Source: a virus
Lineage: Duplodnaviria; Caudoviricetes
Direction: 5' to 3' (one strand)
IMG/VR virus record: IMGVR_UViG_3300007988_000038
Span: 1-39,161 of that record
DNA: 39,161 nucleotides
The stretch's first letter is position 1. Each line of letters starts with the position of its first letter. Shown here one piece after another: positions 1 through 7,948 of this stretch. The position numbers and the translations under genes were made by a program. The notes beneath the pieces are model-generated. The model made no database searches. It was not told the DNA's origin and was given only the letters and a program-made list of their open reading frames with translations.

Positions 1-762
1 AAGCTGATCACCGGCCTCGGCCGCTTTCATGATGAACGCCTTGTAGAGTGTTCCAGCCTCTGAGCCCGGCATGGTGGTCTGCAACTGACCGAGGATCGCC
101 AGCTGTTCCTGCAGAGGAATGTTGTTGGCGGCGGCAACGGCACCGATATTTTTGATCGCATCGGCCATCTGGGTTCCATTGGTCTTGAAAGAGGCCACGG
201 TCTGAGCCATAGCTCCGGAAAAGGCGGTGGCCCATTCCATATCGGTCATATCCGACATAATGGGCTTGAAGATGCCGTAAGCCGTGGTGAAGGTCCCGAC
301 CATCTCCTGTGTGGTCGCTTTGGTGGCTTTCGCCGTGAGACCAGCCATGTTGGTAAAGACGCCGACCGCCTCGTCACTGAGATTGGACAGAGCCGATTTC
401 ACATCGTATGTGGCCGTGATAAATGCGGCCTTGTTGGCTCCAGACCACTGGTTTGTGAACGATTCGGCGGCATCTTCGATGGCTCCGAGGTCCTTGACAC
501 CAAGAGAGGCCAGCTCTCCAAGGGCTTTCTGGGTGGCAGCGGTGGATGCGACCAAGGCAACGGGTGCGGCCATGAGCGCAAGACCGGCTCCCACCATCAT
601 TGCGCCTTTCTGGATACGATCCAGATTTCTGGTCATACGTTCGCTGGCGGCCGCGACGGTTCCGTCAAGGCTTGTCATCGAACTTTCAATGCGCTGGGCG
701 TTTTGCGTGAACGCATCCTTCATCGATACGACAATGCCCAGTCCAAGGTCGTTATTCATCAT
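1..762 (-). CDS. Tail tape measure protein, N-terminal part (runs off left edge)
   Basis: Manual translation from ATG at 762: MMNNDLGLGIVVSMKDAFTQNAQRIESSM...LAILGQLQTTMPGSEAGTLYKAF, open to position 1. Ala-rich TP901-type tape-measure core, directly after the tail chaperone. Not in the ORF track because no stop is in the window. Confidence 0.85.
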   Translation of the reverse strand, partial: MMNNDLGLGIVVSMKDAFTQNAQRIESSMTSLDGTVAAASERMTRNLDRIQKGAMMVGAGLALMAAPVALVASTAATQKALGELASLGVKDLGAIEDAAESFTNQWSGANKAAFITATYDVKSALSNLSDEAVGVFTNMAGLTAKATKATTQEMVGTFTTAYGIFKPIMSDMTDMEWATAFSGAMAQTVASFKTNGTQMADAIKNIGAVAAANNIPLQEQLAILGQLQTTMPGSEAGTLYKAFIMKAAEAGDQL

Positions 763-929
763 CGCTTATCCATCTGCTCCCGTTCAAAATCAATCTGCCG
801 CTCCAAGGCGTCTACAAACTGTTGCCTGCGCCTGAGCGGCAGTGATCGGATTTCCTGATAACTCCAGTGGAGCCCGCCATAGGCGAGAAAGAAGCTGTCG
901 CTTACAAGCGAACTCCTGGAAATAAAAAA
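759..929 (-). CDS. -1 frameshift extension of tail assembly chaperone (DUF6760 / T4 gp51-like segment)
   Basis: Slippery T TTT TTA at 923-929, in frame with the upstream ORF. The -1 frame reads ISRSSLVSDSFFLAYGGLHWSYQEIRSLPLRRRQQFVDALERQIDFEREQMDKR* and its TGA overlaps the tape-measure ATG. Confidence 0.75.
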   Translation of the reverse strand, partial: FFISRSSLVSDSFFLAYGGLHWSYQEIRSLPLRRRQQFVDALERQIDFEREQMDKR

Positions 930-1579
930 GCCGGTTCGGCCTCGAGACGTGTTCTAATCCGGGTGCCGCAGCCATCGCAGTCGACTTCGACTGTCGTATC
1001 GATACCGGCATCCACCCGGGCCATTTCCTGTCGCAGGGCACTGCGGTCACGCATGGACATTTCAGCGAGGGATTTCTTGCTGGGGGCTTTTCCGTCAATA
1101 TCGATGAGCCGAATCATCATGGCCGATGAGATGTTCGGCTCACGCAATGCGGCAAGACGCTTTTCCTTATGGCCATCGAGGAATCCGAAACGAACCGCTT
1201 TCTTGGAACCTGGCAGTTTGAATTCGAACTCACGCTCATCAGCGTTAGGAGTGACTTTGAGATCCTCCAAATTGACCGTCACATAGTTGGTCATCCGGCA
1301 CGATGCATTCGGGCACATCAGCTCCAGTTCGACCTCATCTCCGAGGGAAATTTGGCGCAGCTTTACCAAAGCGAAAAGGCGGTCGCTTGACAGCAGGTCG
1401 AGAATATCGTTCACCGTCGGTTTTTCATTCTCTCCAAGCCGGACGGTACAGTTTCTGAGAACCTGATTGATCGCCTCTCCATTCCGGATCAGGCGCTGGT
1501 TGGTCAGGAGCTCTTCTTCGGCACCGGTCATTTCCTTAAGTTCGATCTCGATGCCACTGGGTAATTCGTAGGTATACAT
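902..1579 (-). CDS. Tail assembly / baseplate hub chaperone (T4 gp26-like, Cys pairs)
   Basis: Lies between tube and tape-measure genes; DRLFALVKLRQISLG, CPNASC and CDGC motifs; GGAG RBS. Confidence 0.7.
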   Translation of the reverse strand: MYTYELPSGIEIELKEMTGAEEELLTNQRLIRNGEAINQVLRNCTVRLGENEKPTVNDILDLLSSDRLFALVKLRQISLGDEVELELMCPNASCRMTNYVTVNLEDLKVTPNADEREFEFKLPGSKKAVRFGFLDGHKEKRLAALREPNISSAMMIRLIDIDGKAPSKKSLAEMSMRDRSALRQEMARVDAGIDTTVEVDCDGCGTRIRTRLEAEPAFLFPGVRL

Positions 1580-1597
1580 TGCTTCACTCCTTATTTA

Positions 1598-2059
1598 TCA
1601 GGTCCAGTACTGGTAGCAGATAGTCAGTTTCTCGATGGTGTTTTCGGTATTGCCGCCTTCGAGTTCGTCGTATTCCAAGGTCTTGATCCATGCGCCATGC
1701 AGCGTCCAGCGTCTGGTTTCATTCCCGCTGCGGTCATAGCGCACCACATCGATGTCCTTCAGATAATCAGCAGGCAGCCCGCCGGTTACCGCATTGACAT
1801 CGACCTGTTTTTTCACCCATTCCCGGGCCGCCTCATCAGAGCCATCCTGAAGGATTCCCTTTTCAAGTGTGATGTCTTCAAACTTCACGCGTCCGGCCAC
1901 TTTCTGGTCGAACATGGAACCTGCGGGCGCAAAAGCCACTTCCTCGAATTCGGTCTTCGGCTCCTGCCCCTTGTGAAACAGGGCCACATCAAAGCCGTTC
2001 ACCTCGATGGCAAACTGCCAGTTCTGGTAAAGGCTCTTTGGCATATTTCCACTTCTCAT
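1598..2059 (-). CDS. Tail tube protein (T4 gp19 / eCIS tube-like)
   Basis: KVAGRVKFEDITLEKG...YDRSGNETRRWTLHGAWIK...NTIEKLTI pattern; follows the sheath gene. Confidence 0.88.
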   Translation of the reverse strand: MRSGNMPKSLYQNWQFAIEVNGFDVALFHKGQEPKTEFEEVAFAPAGSMFDQKVAGRVKFEDITLEKGILQDGSDEAAREWVKKQVDVNAVTGGLPADYLKDIDVVRYDRSGNETRRWTLHGAWIKTLEYDELEGGNTENTIEKLTICYQYWT

Positions 2060-2074
2060 GGTTTTATCTCCTGA

Positions 2075-3604
2075 TTAAATGATTTCACTGAAGTCCGCGC
2101 CTGTGCCGGTCAGAATGAAGTTCAGTTCGATGAATTCCGCTGTCTTGGTCGGCTTGACGAACACCCGGGCAATCATTTCATTGCGATCGATGACCACCGG
2201 CGTGTTGGTTTCTTCATCACACTGGAAGGCGTAATCATAGAGTCCGCCTTTCTCCTTGATGTCCTGCAGGAAGGGATTAATCAAACGACCGAGAGCCCGC
2301 CATGTCTGCGGATTGTTCGGCTCAAACACCACAAAACGGGATGATTCGGAAATGGCTTCCTCCATATACATCATCAGCCGTCTCACGTTGATGCGGTCCA
2401 CTGCAGAGGGTTGGCTCTGGAGTGTTTTCTGGCCCCAGATATTGATTCCGGTATCCGGAAAAACAGCAATGACATTGACCCCTTCAGGGTAAAGCACATC
2501 GCGTTCGCCCCGGCTGGTCTTGTAGGCAACCGACACTGCATTGAATATGCGACCACGGTCGATTCCGGCCGGAGCCCACCAGACATAGGTCTTCTGGTCG
2601 CTTCTCGCACAGCACCCCGCTATAGCGCCACAGGGAGGGATGTATTTCTTGCGGGCGGTAATCGGGTCACTGATCTCCAACCACGGGTAATAGAGAGCCG
2701 CATAGGAAGAATTGAATGCCGCGTGGGTGTAGGTTCCCTGACCTTTTCTGAAGTCGACAACCTCCAGCGGTTCGAGCATGAAGGGCGTGTCGGCGATGAA
2801 GAGCAAATCCTTGCGGTTTTCCGCATAGGTAATCCCGGCGTTAATGACCGGAACAGTTGTCACACCAGGCACCATAAGCAGGTTCAGTGCATCGATCTCA
2901 TCGAATGCATAAAGCCCGGTATGCTGAGACGGGTCGCCGATGTAATCCGAGTCGGTCATGCCGGAGAGACCGTTGCCGCCACCAATTAGCGGGTAACTTC
3001 CAACAGCGGGTCTATCATTTGAAGTCCCTATAGACGGGGACAAATCACTGACCGTGATGTAATCAGAAACCTCATTGACCATAAGTTCCACATGGCTGGT
3101 CAAAACTTCATCCATGGAGAGGTCTTTGAACACCTCTACGATGTTGTCCTTGTATTTGACAATGAGATTGAATGCATTGACCGGGTCCAGAGAACCGTCC
3201 TCGACTGTCACGGAAATACGGTCGCCCCATGTTCCGGGATTAGCTGCGTTGACTTGCAATGTGAGTTCAGGCGTTGACTCTCGATTGGACAGAACGGCAA
3301 CCGAGTTAACAGCACTCAGGGTGCCTTTATCCGTAATGTCGGTATAGTGGGCAACACGGCAGACATAGAGAATCGAACCGCCATTGTCGAAAAAGGCTCT
3401 GGCCGCATAAGCCAGGTATCCTTCGTTGATGTAGGAGCCAAATTTATTGATGAACTGCTCCCAGCTCGTAACCAACACTGGTTTGTTAACCGGGCCTTTT
3501 TGGGTGATTCCCACCATGGCAGCCGCCGAGGTGGAGATCTGCTTTACATAAAAACTGAAGTCTGTTTCCCGTGTATAGATTCCGGGGGATAGATATGCAG
3601 GCAT
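2075..3604 (-). CDS. Contractile tail sheath protein
   Basis: N-terminal YLSPGIYTRE; YAALYYPWL, WWAPAG, IWGQKTL, INVRRL, VFEPN and PTKTAEFI sheath motifs. Confidence 0.95.
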   Translation of the reverse strand: MPAYLSPGIYTRETDFSFYVKQISTSAAAMVGITQKGPVNKPVLVTSWEQFINKFGSYINEGYLAYAARAFFDNGGSILYVCRVAHYTDITDKGTLSAVNSVAVLSNRESTPELTLQVNAANPGTWGDRISVTVEDGSLDPVNAFNLIVKYKDNIVEVFKDLSMDEVLTSHVELMVNEVSDYITVSDLSPSIGTSNDRPAVGSYPLIGGGNGLSGMTDSDYIGDPSQHTGLYAFDEIDALNLLMVPGVTTVPVINAGITYAENRKDLLFIADTPFMLEPLEVVDFRKGQGTYTHAAFNSSYAALYYPWLEISDPITARKKYIPPCGAIAGCCARSDQKTYVWWAPAGIDRGRIFNAVSVAYKTSRGERDVLYPEGVNVIAVFPDTGINIWGQKTLQSQPSAVDRINVRRLMMYMEEAISESSRFVVFEPNNPQTWRALGRLINPFLQDIKEKGGLYDYAFQCDEETNTPVVIDRNEMIARVFVKPTKTAEFIELNFILTGTGADFSEII

Positions 3605-3606
3605 AC

Positions 3607-3846
3607 TTATTTCCTCCGTTTCGTGGTTTTAGGTTCGCTGGTTTCAGCCGTCTCATCTGAAACGGAAGGCTGTTTTTCTTCCGGCTTTGAAAGGCCCACC
3701 AAGCCGCGTTTTTCAGCGAGCGTAATTTCAGGTGAGATATCCTTTTGCGGAATCGAGGTGCGCTCACGCGGGCCGAGATGCAATGTTCTGTCTCCGGCCA
3801 GATTAAAGGTGAGCGGTTGAAACTGAAGGTTTCTGATTTCAATCAC
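3607..3846 (-). CDS. Small hypothetical tail-region protein
   Basis: 79 aa; ATGA overlap with the upstream gene, 2 bp from the sheath start; RBS AAAGGAG. Confidence 0.7.
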   Translation of the reverse strand: MIEIRNLQFQPLTFNLAGDRTLHLGPRERTSIPQKDISPEITLAEKRGLVGLSKPEEKQPSVSDETAETSEPKTTKRRK

Positions 3847-4406
3847 TGTTCATCTCCTTTGGGTTCATAGGTTCGTTCTTCATTCACGCTGCCGTGAAAC
3901 TGGAAAGTTCGGTCCTTGATCAGATGGCCGTTTCTGATTTCGCCATCGTAAACAGGACAATCTTCAATGCGGATGCGTCCGGAGCTTTGCTTCAGATTGG
4001 AAAGGTTGACCCGGTTCAGACTTCCCAACGGAGCGATTTCCGCCAGGTTGAGTTGCCCCTGATCCGTAATGGTCAAAACGGGATTGCGCTGGACAAATCG
4101 GGAGACCGATTCCTGAAATTCAAGGAGTTCAACCTCACGGTCCACGGTCACGATCAAGTCAAAGTCGAGATGATAGAGTCGCGGGAAGGAACATTCCTCG
4201 AACGACAGGGTGTCCACGTTCTTTTCAATAAGGCGGCTTTGGCTGCGGCGCAGTTTGTTTTCACTTAACTTAGGCCCTTGCAGAATGACGCTTGGCGTGC
4301 GCTGAACTTCGAAAACATCATCAGGCAGGACCAGCAAGGCGTCGGGATGGATGTCGGCCTTGACCTGCCTGATCAGTGTTTCTGTAACGGTTCGTATTGT
4401 GCTCAC
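3843..4406 (-). CDS. Putative tail terminator / tail completion protein
   Basis: Position just upstream of the sheath; GTG start with GGAGG RBS; function inferred from gene order. Confidence 0.55.
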   Translation of the reverse strand: MSTIRTVTETLIRQVKADIHPDALLVLPDDVFEVQRTPSVILQGPKLSENKLRRSQSRLIEKNVDTLSFEECSFPRLYHLDFDLIVTVDREVELLEFQESVSRFVQRNPVLTITDQGQLNLAEIAPLGSLNRVNLSNLKQSSGRIRIEDCPVYDGEIRNGHLIKDRTFQFHGSVNEERTYEPKGDEQ

Positions 4407-4432
4407 GGTAGCCTCCGGTTGTTTCTGCCAGA

Positions 4433-4463
4433 TTACTTACCGGAAGCGTTGCGGATGTGTCGG
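4433..4463 (-). promoter_or_regulatory. Motif copy 1, CCGAC-N15-CCGGTAAGTAA (upstream of tail genes)
   Basis: + strand TTACTTACCGG aagcgttgcggatgt GTCGG. Confidence 0.75.
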
Positions 4464-4464
4464 G

Positions 4465-4950
4465 TCAGAGAATACCTTTCAGGGCCTGCCTGTAATTTTG
4501 CTCAATCTCTTTGCGGTATTTCTGCATGATGGGATGAAGAAACGGTCGGGGTGGGATGATTATGGTCGCCCCGTTCGGGTGGTTGATGGTGGCTCCGTAT
4601 TCCATGACAGCTCCGATATTCACCATGCTTTTCCCGTCCTTGTTGACGGTTCCACGGAGAAGACCGACAAATGCCTTGTCCGCCATAATTTTCTGGGTAA
4701 TGGAGTTGATCAGAAAGCCGGTGTCGATGAGCGCCTTACTGGAACCTTTGCGGGCAATTGTGCTGTCGGCCAGCTTGGCGAAAGCCTGTCCGCCCGGAGC
4801 CTGATTGCGGATGCCGCGTTGAATTTCACGGACAAGAAACAGGGCATTGCTGATGGTAGCCTGCTGAAGCGCCATAGCGATCCGGGGACCGAGTGTGCCA
4901 TTTAGTTTAGCTTTCGCCTTGTTCCAGTCACCGGTCCGTTTAACGCCCAT
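4465..4950 (-). CDS. Neck / virion morphogenesis protein (HK97 gp10 / Mu gpG-like)
   Basis: STIARKGSSKALIDTGFLINSI...EYGA...IPPRPFL motifs. Confidence 0.78.
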   Translation of the reverse strand: MGVKRTGDWNKAKAKLNGTLGPRIAMALQQATISNALFLVREIQRGIRNQAPGGQAFAKLADSTIARKGSSKALIDTGFLINSITQKIMADKAFVGLLRGTVNKDGKSMVNIGAVMEYGATINHPNGATIIIPPRPFLHPIMQKYRKEIEQNYRQALKGIL

Positions 4951-5299
4951 GGAACTTCACCAGTTTGATGGATTTGTGGGTGATGACTCCAAAGAAGTGT
5001 TCTTCTTCGAGTGTCTGTATTCTGTATGTGACTGTTTCTATCTGGAGTCTGTCCTCCGGGACAACGTCGGCTTCCGGCAAAACCGAAACAGTGGCATCGA
5101 TCTTTCCGGCGAGATCCTCCGGGGGTGTATGGACAATTTCAACAGGGATTGAGCCGGTCGGGGTGTATTCCTGATCATCGCTTCCGTATAGATTTTCACC
5201 GGCAACGATACGAAGGACTGTGGCGGTGATGCCGGATGAAACAATCAGCTCTTTGACGTCCTTCACTGCCTGTTCTTTTTCCTGATCTGTCAAAAGCAT
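4940..5299 (-). CDS. Putative head closure / head-tail adaptor
   Basis: About 120 aa, beta-rich (DRLQIETVTYRI); located in the neck cluster. Confidence 0.55.
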   Translation of the reverse strand: MLLTDQEKEQAVKDVKELIVSSGITATVLRIVAGENLYGSDDQEYTPTGSIPVEIVHTPPEDLAGKIDATVSVLPEADVVPEDRLQIETVTYRIQTLEEEHFFGVITHKSIKLVKFHGR

Positions 5300-5769
5300 C
5301 AGCAATCCTCTTCAAGGCAAATTCCCTGTTCATATATTACCGGTGACAGACCGACGGGGGTGATGATGTAGCCATCCTCGTTGACCTCGGTTCCGGGTTT
5401 CAAGGCGGAGAGTCTTTTCCGGTATTCATCCAGCAGGTCCACTTCGAGTTTGGCCCAGTGTTCAGGTTGCTTTGACTTATCGACCCGCTTGTCGCCGCTG
5501 GAAAAGGAAAAGGCATTGGCTGTGGCAGAGCGCATCACCTGACAGGCATGTATCTGCCCCAGCAACAGGAGCAGTTCCCTGAGTTCTCCGCTGATATCCG
5601 GCAGAATCTGCTCTCCCTCGATGGTGAGAGAAATCTCCGCATCCCGGGACAGCTTAAAAACTGCTTTCCGGACGCATCTCTCCAGTGTCGAATCCACAAA
5701 GAGAGACGCATCCGGATCGGACAGGTCGATACGCAAGTCGGCTATGAGCTCAGGAAGCGTCAACGTCAA
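5299..5769 (-). CDS. Putative head-tail connector
   Basis: LIADLRIDLSD...FSFSSGDKRVD pattern; second gene after the capsid gene. Confidence 0.55.
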   Translation of the reverse strand: MTLTLPELIADLRIDLSDPDASLFVDSTLERCVRKAVFKLSRDAEISLTIEGEQILPDISGELRELLLLLGQIHACQVMRSATANAFSFSSGDKRVDKSKQPEHWAKLEVDLLDEYRKRLSALKPGTEVNEDGYIITPVGLSPVIYEQGICLEEDC

Positions 5770-6109
5770 CCTCCGTAAGACGGCTCTTCAACGCGTCGAT
5801 CACGGTTCTGCGTTTTTCCATTTCCATATAGCCTTTGAGCTTGGCCGGGTCGGCCTCTTCATTGACCTTGGAAATGGCGTCGGTCGCGTTAAGCTTGCTC
5901 AGATCATCATCCTGATCCTGATCCTGCTTGCCCTGAGGAGAAGGCTTGTCAGCTTTCTCTTTGTCGATCTGAATCAGCACGCCAGTTTTCAGGCAGTGTT
6001 TGATCTGATCGGTCTGATCTTCAACAGGTGCGACCTCTCCGGGTAGCAATTTTAGTCCGGCATCCGGAATGATGAGAATGCCGGGGCGAACATTTTTTAT
6101 CGTCAACAT
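5750..6109 (-). CDS. Hypothetical protein after major capsid gene
   Basis: ATG at 6109 with GGAGGA RBS; helical C-terminus (EKRRTVIDALKSRL). Confidence 0.65.
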   Translation of the reverse strand: MLTIKNVRPGILIIPDAGLKLLPGEVAPVEDQTDQIKHCLKTGVLIQIDKEKADKPSPQGKQDQDQDDDLSKLNATDAISKVNEEADPAKLKGYMEMEKRRTVIDALKSRLTEVDVDAS

Positions 6110-6125
6110 GATTCCTCCTTCAGCA

Positions 6126-6995
6126 TTAAACACCAAGTTTCACTCGGGCCAGAATGTCCGGACGGGTAACACCCTGACCGATTTCGGACCAGACCAGCCA
6201 ACCGGTTTTGAAGCGGGTCTTCTGGTCGATGGATTCGGCTTTGAGCTTTTCACGGACTGGCATTTTCCCCACTTCTTCATCCGGAATGATCAGAATTTCA
6301 TCGAGGGGCATGGATGCCGTCAACAGGATGCCTCCGGTGCCGTAATTCTTAACCACACCTTTCTGCCGTAGCTCGAGCTTGGTCTGAGGATCAAGATCCC
6401 AGCCGCGCAGATCGTTGAAACGGCGACCGCGCATGACGATGTATTTCACCGACAGCTCGAGGTCCTCGATGATGGAGATGGCTTCATTGAGGGCTTCCTC
6501 GGTAAGCGTGTTTCCAGCCACTTCAATGGTATTGGCTGCAGGGACTGCCGCCGACAACACAGAGATGGATCTACGGTCCATCTCTTTTCGAATAGCATCG
6601 GATGCACTGGTCTGGATATCCATCAGCGTGCCGATGTTGCCGTTTTTGAGAACGGAAATATCCACCATCGGGTTGGAGTGAATGCGGTTGGTCGGGAATT
6701 CGACTTCATCTTTGCCGATTTCCTGCTCCTGCGCTTCACCGTCCTTACTGATCCAGTGGGCTTTGACGGTCGGCTTTTTCTGATAAAGCGGACGTTCGCC
6801 CTTGGGCAACGTGTGTTTGGTCAGCAGCAGAGAGGAGATTTCCTTGCGCCGGATTTCCTCTTCGATCGGAGCGGCAATTGCAGCAGCCAACGCCTGCATC
6901 CCTTCAGGGGACTCAAGAGCTTCACTCATGAGCCTTGCCATGGTCTCCATGTATTCCTGGCTGTGAATGTTCATTGGGTTGTTCTTCATTTGCAT
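6126..6995 (-). CDS. Major capsid protein (probable HK97 fold)
   Basis: 289 aa, downstream of protease/scaffold and decoration genes; CAGGAG RBS; capsid-like C-terminus. Confidence 0.78.
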   Translation of the reverse strand: MQMKNNPMNIHSQEYMETMARLMSEALESPEGMQALAAAIAAPIEEEIRRKEISSLLLTKHTLPKGERPLYQKKPTVKAHWISKDGEAQEQEIGKDEVEFPTNRIHSNPMVDISVLKNGNIGTLMDIQTSASDAIRKEMDRRSISVLSAAVPAANTIEVAGNTLTEEALNEAISIIEDLELSVKYIVMRGRRFNDLRGWDLDPQTKLELRQKGVVKNYGTGGILLTASMPLDEILIIPDEEVGKMPVREKLKAESIDQKTRFKTGWLVWSEIGQGVTRPDILARVKLGV

Positions 6996-7007
6996 AAGCT
7001 CCTGTGA

Positions 7008-7373
7008 TTAAATAAGCAGTTTGAATTTCAAAACGCCGCTCTGGACGGAAATGGCCTGAGCAATGACATGCTCGTCATTTCCGATGTTTCCACCGGTCAG
7101 CTTACCGGTGGCCGATACCTTCAGGTCATCCCCGGGATTGATCGTCCCTTCGAAGACATCGGTCTCGTACACACCGCCATTGCAGTAGATGCCGGGCATT
7201 TCACCGCCTGCATAATCCCTGATCAGGATGCCGATAGAACGGACCTCCGGATCGGTGTTGACTGAAAACAGATCGTTTCCGACCAGACTCACCAGAAGAC
7301 CAAGCTGGCCATCTCCCTGCATATAGCCGTCACCGTAAGCGAGGCCCCTGTGACATGGATTGATAAAAGACAT
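7008..7373 (-). CDS. Putative capsid decoration / cement protein
   Basis: Gly-rich beta protein (GVYETDVF...PGDDLKVSATGKL) between scaffold and capsid genes. Confidence 0.6.
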   Translation of the reverse strand: MSFINPCHRGLAYGDGYMQGDGQLGLLVSLVGNDLFSVNTDPEVRSIGILIRDYAGGEMPGIYCNGGVYETDVFEGTINPGDDLKVSATGKLTGGNIGNDEHVIAQAISVQSGVLKFKLLI

Positions 7374-7387
7374 AGCGCTTCTCCTTG

Positions 7388-7948
7388 TTAGTTGATTTCC
7401 ACGGTTTCGTTCGATTCGTTACCGACACGGTTGTTGTAGGCAGCCATGAAGCCGGTGCGCAGGCGATCCTCGAGGGAAAGCTTGCGGTCATCCACATCGT
7501 GAGGTCTCACCCCGGCAGAACTGCGCATGGGGGGTTCGCTTGATGCTTTGGATTTGTGTTTTTCAGGCTCTTTTTCCGTTTCCGGCTGCGGCTTGGCATC
7601 CGCCTTGTTGCTTTTGGCCATCTTTTCATAGGCAGCCTCGGTGGCGGCAAAAGCGTCGTCCGACAGTTCAGCTAGACGCGTGAGTTCGTTGTCGCGATCC
7701 TCCCCGAAGTCCATGCCTTGCTTTTCAAGTTTTGAGATCAGTTTGTGAGCACGGGCTTTCGAAGCGGCAGCCTTCTGTTCGGCCTCCAGCTCCTGAATGC
7801 GCTTCTGAAGTTCGGCCACCTGAGCTTTCAACTGGCGGTTTTCCTTTTCCAGCTCGCTCCCGGGAGCCGGATTGTCTTCCTGCCGTTCCTGTTTTTTCTT
7901 AGCGGCGTCGGCGGACGACTCATCTGGTTTCTTGGTTTTTTCGTCCAT
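7388..7948 (-). CDS. Nested in-frame scaffold protein (internal start)
   Basis: AAAGGAGATCCAATT-ATG (MDEKTKK...) in frame, at the start of the coiled-coil region; 186 aa. Confidence 0.65.
   Translation of the reverse strand: MDEKTKKPDESSADAAKKKQERQEDNPAPGSELEKENRQLKAQVAELQKRIQELEAEQKAAASKARAHKLISKLEKQGMDFGEDRDNELTRLAELSDDAFAATEAAYEKMAKSNKADAKPQPETEKEPEKHKSKASSEPPMRSSAGVRPHDVDDRKLSLEDRLRTGFMAAYNNRVGNESNETVEIN

Noticed and set aside
284-835. 183-aa + strand ORF and short - strand ORFs at the left edge
   Set aside because: Shadows of the tape-measure frame (1-762, minus strand).
790-1098. 102-aa - strand ORF overlapping the chaperone end
   Set aside because: Not the frame reached by the slippery site; the -1 frame gives the plausible extension coupled to the tape-measure start.
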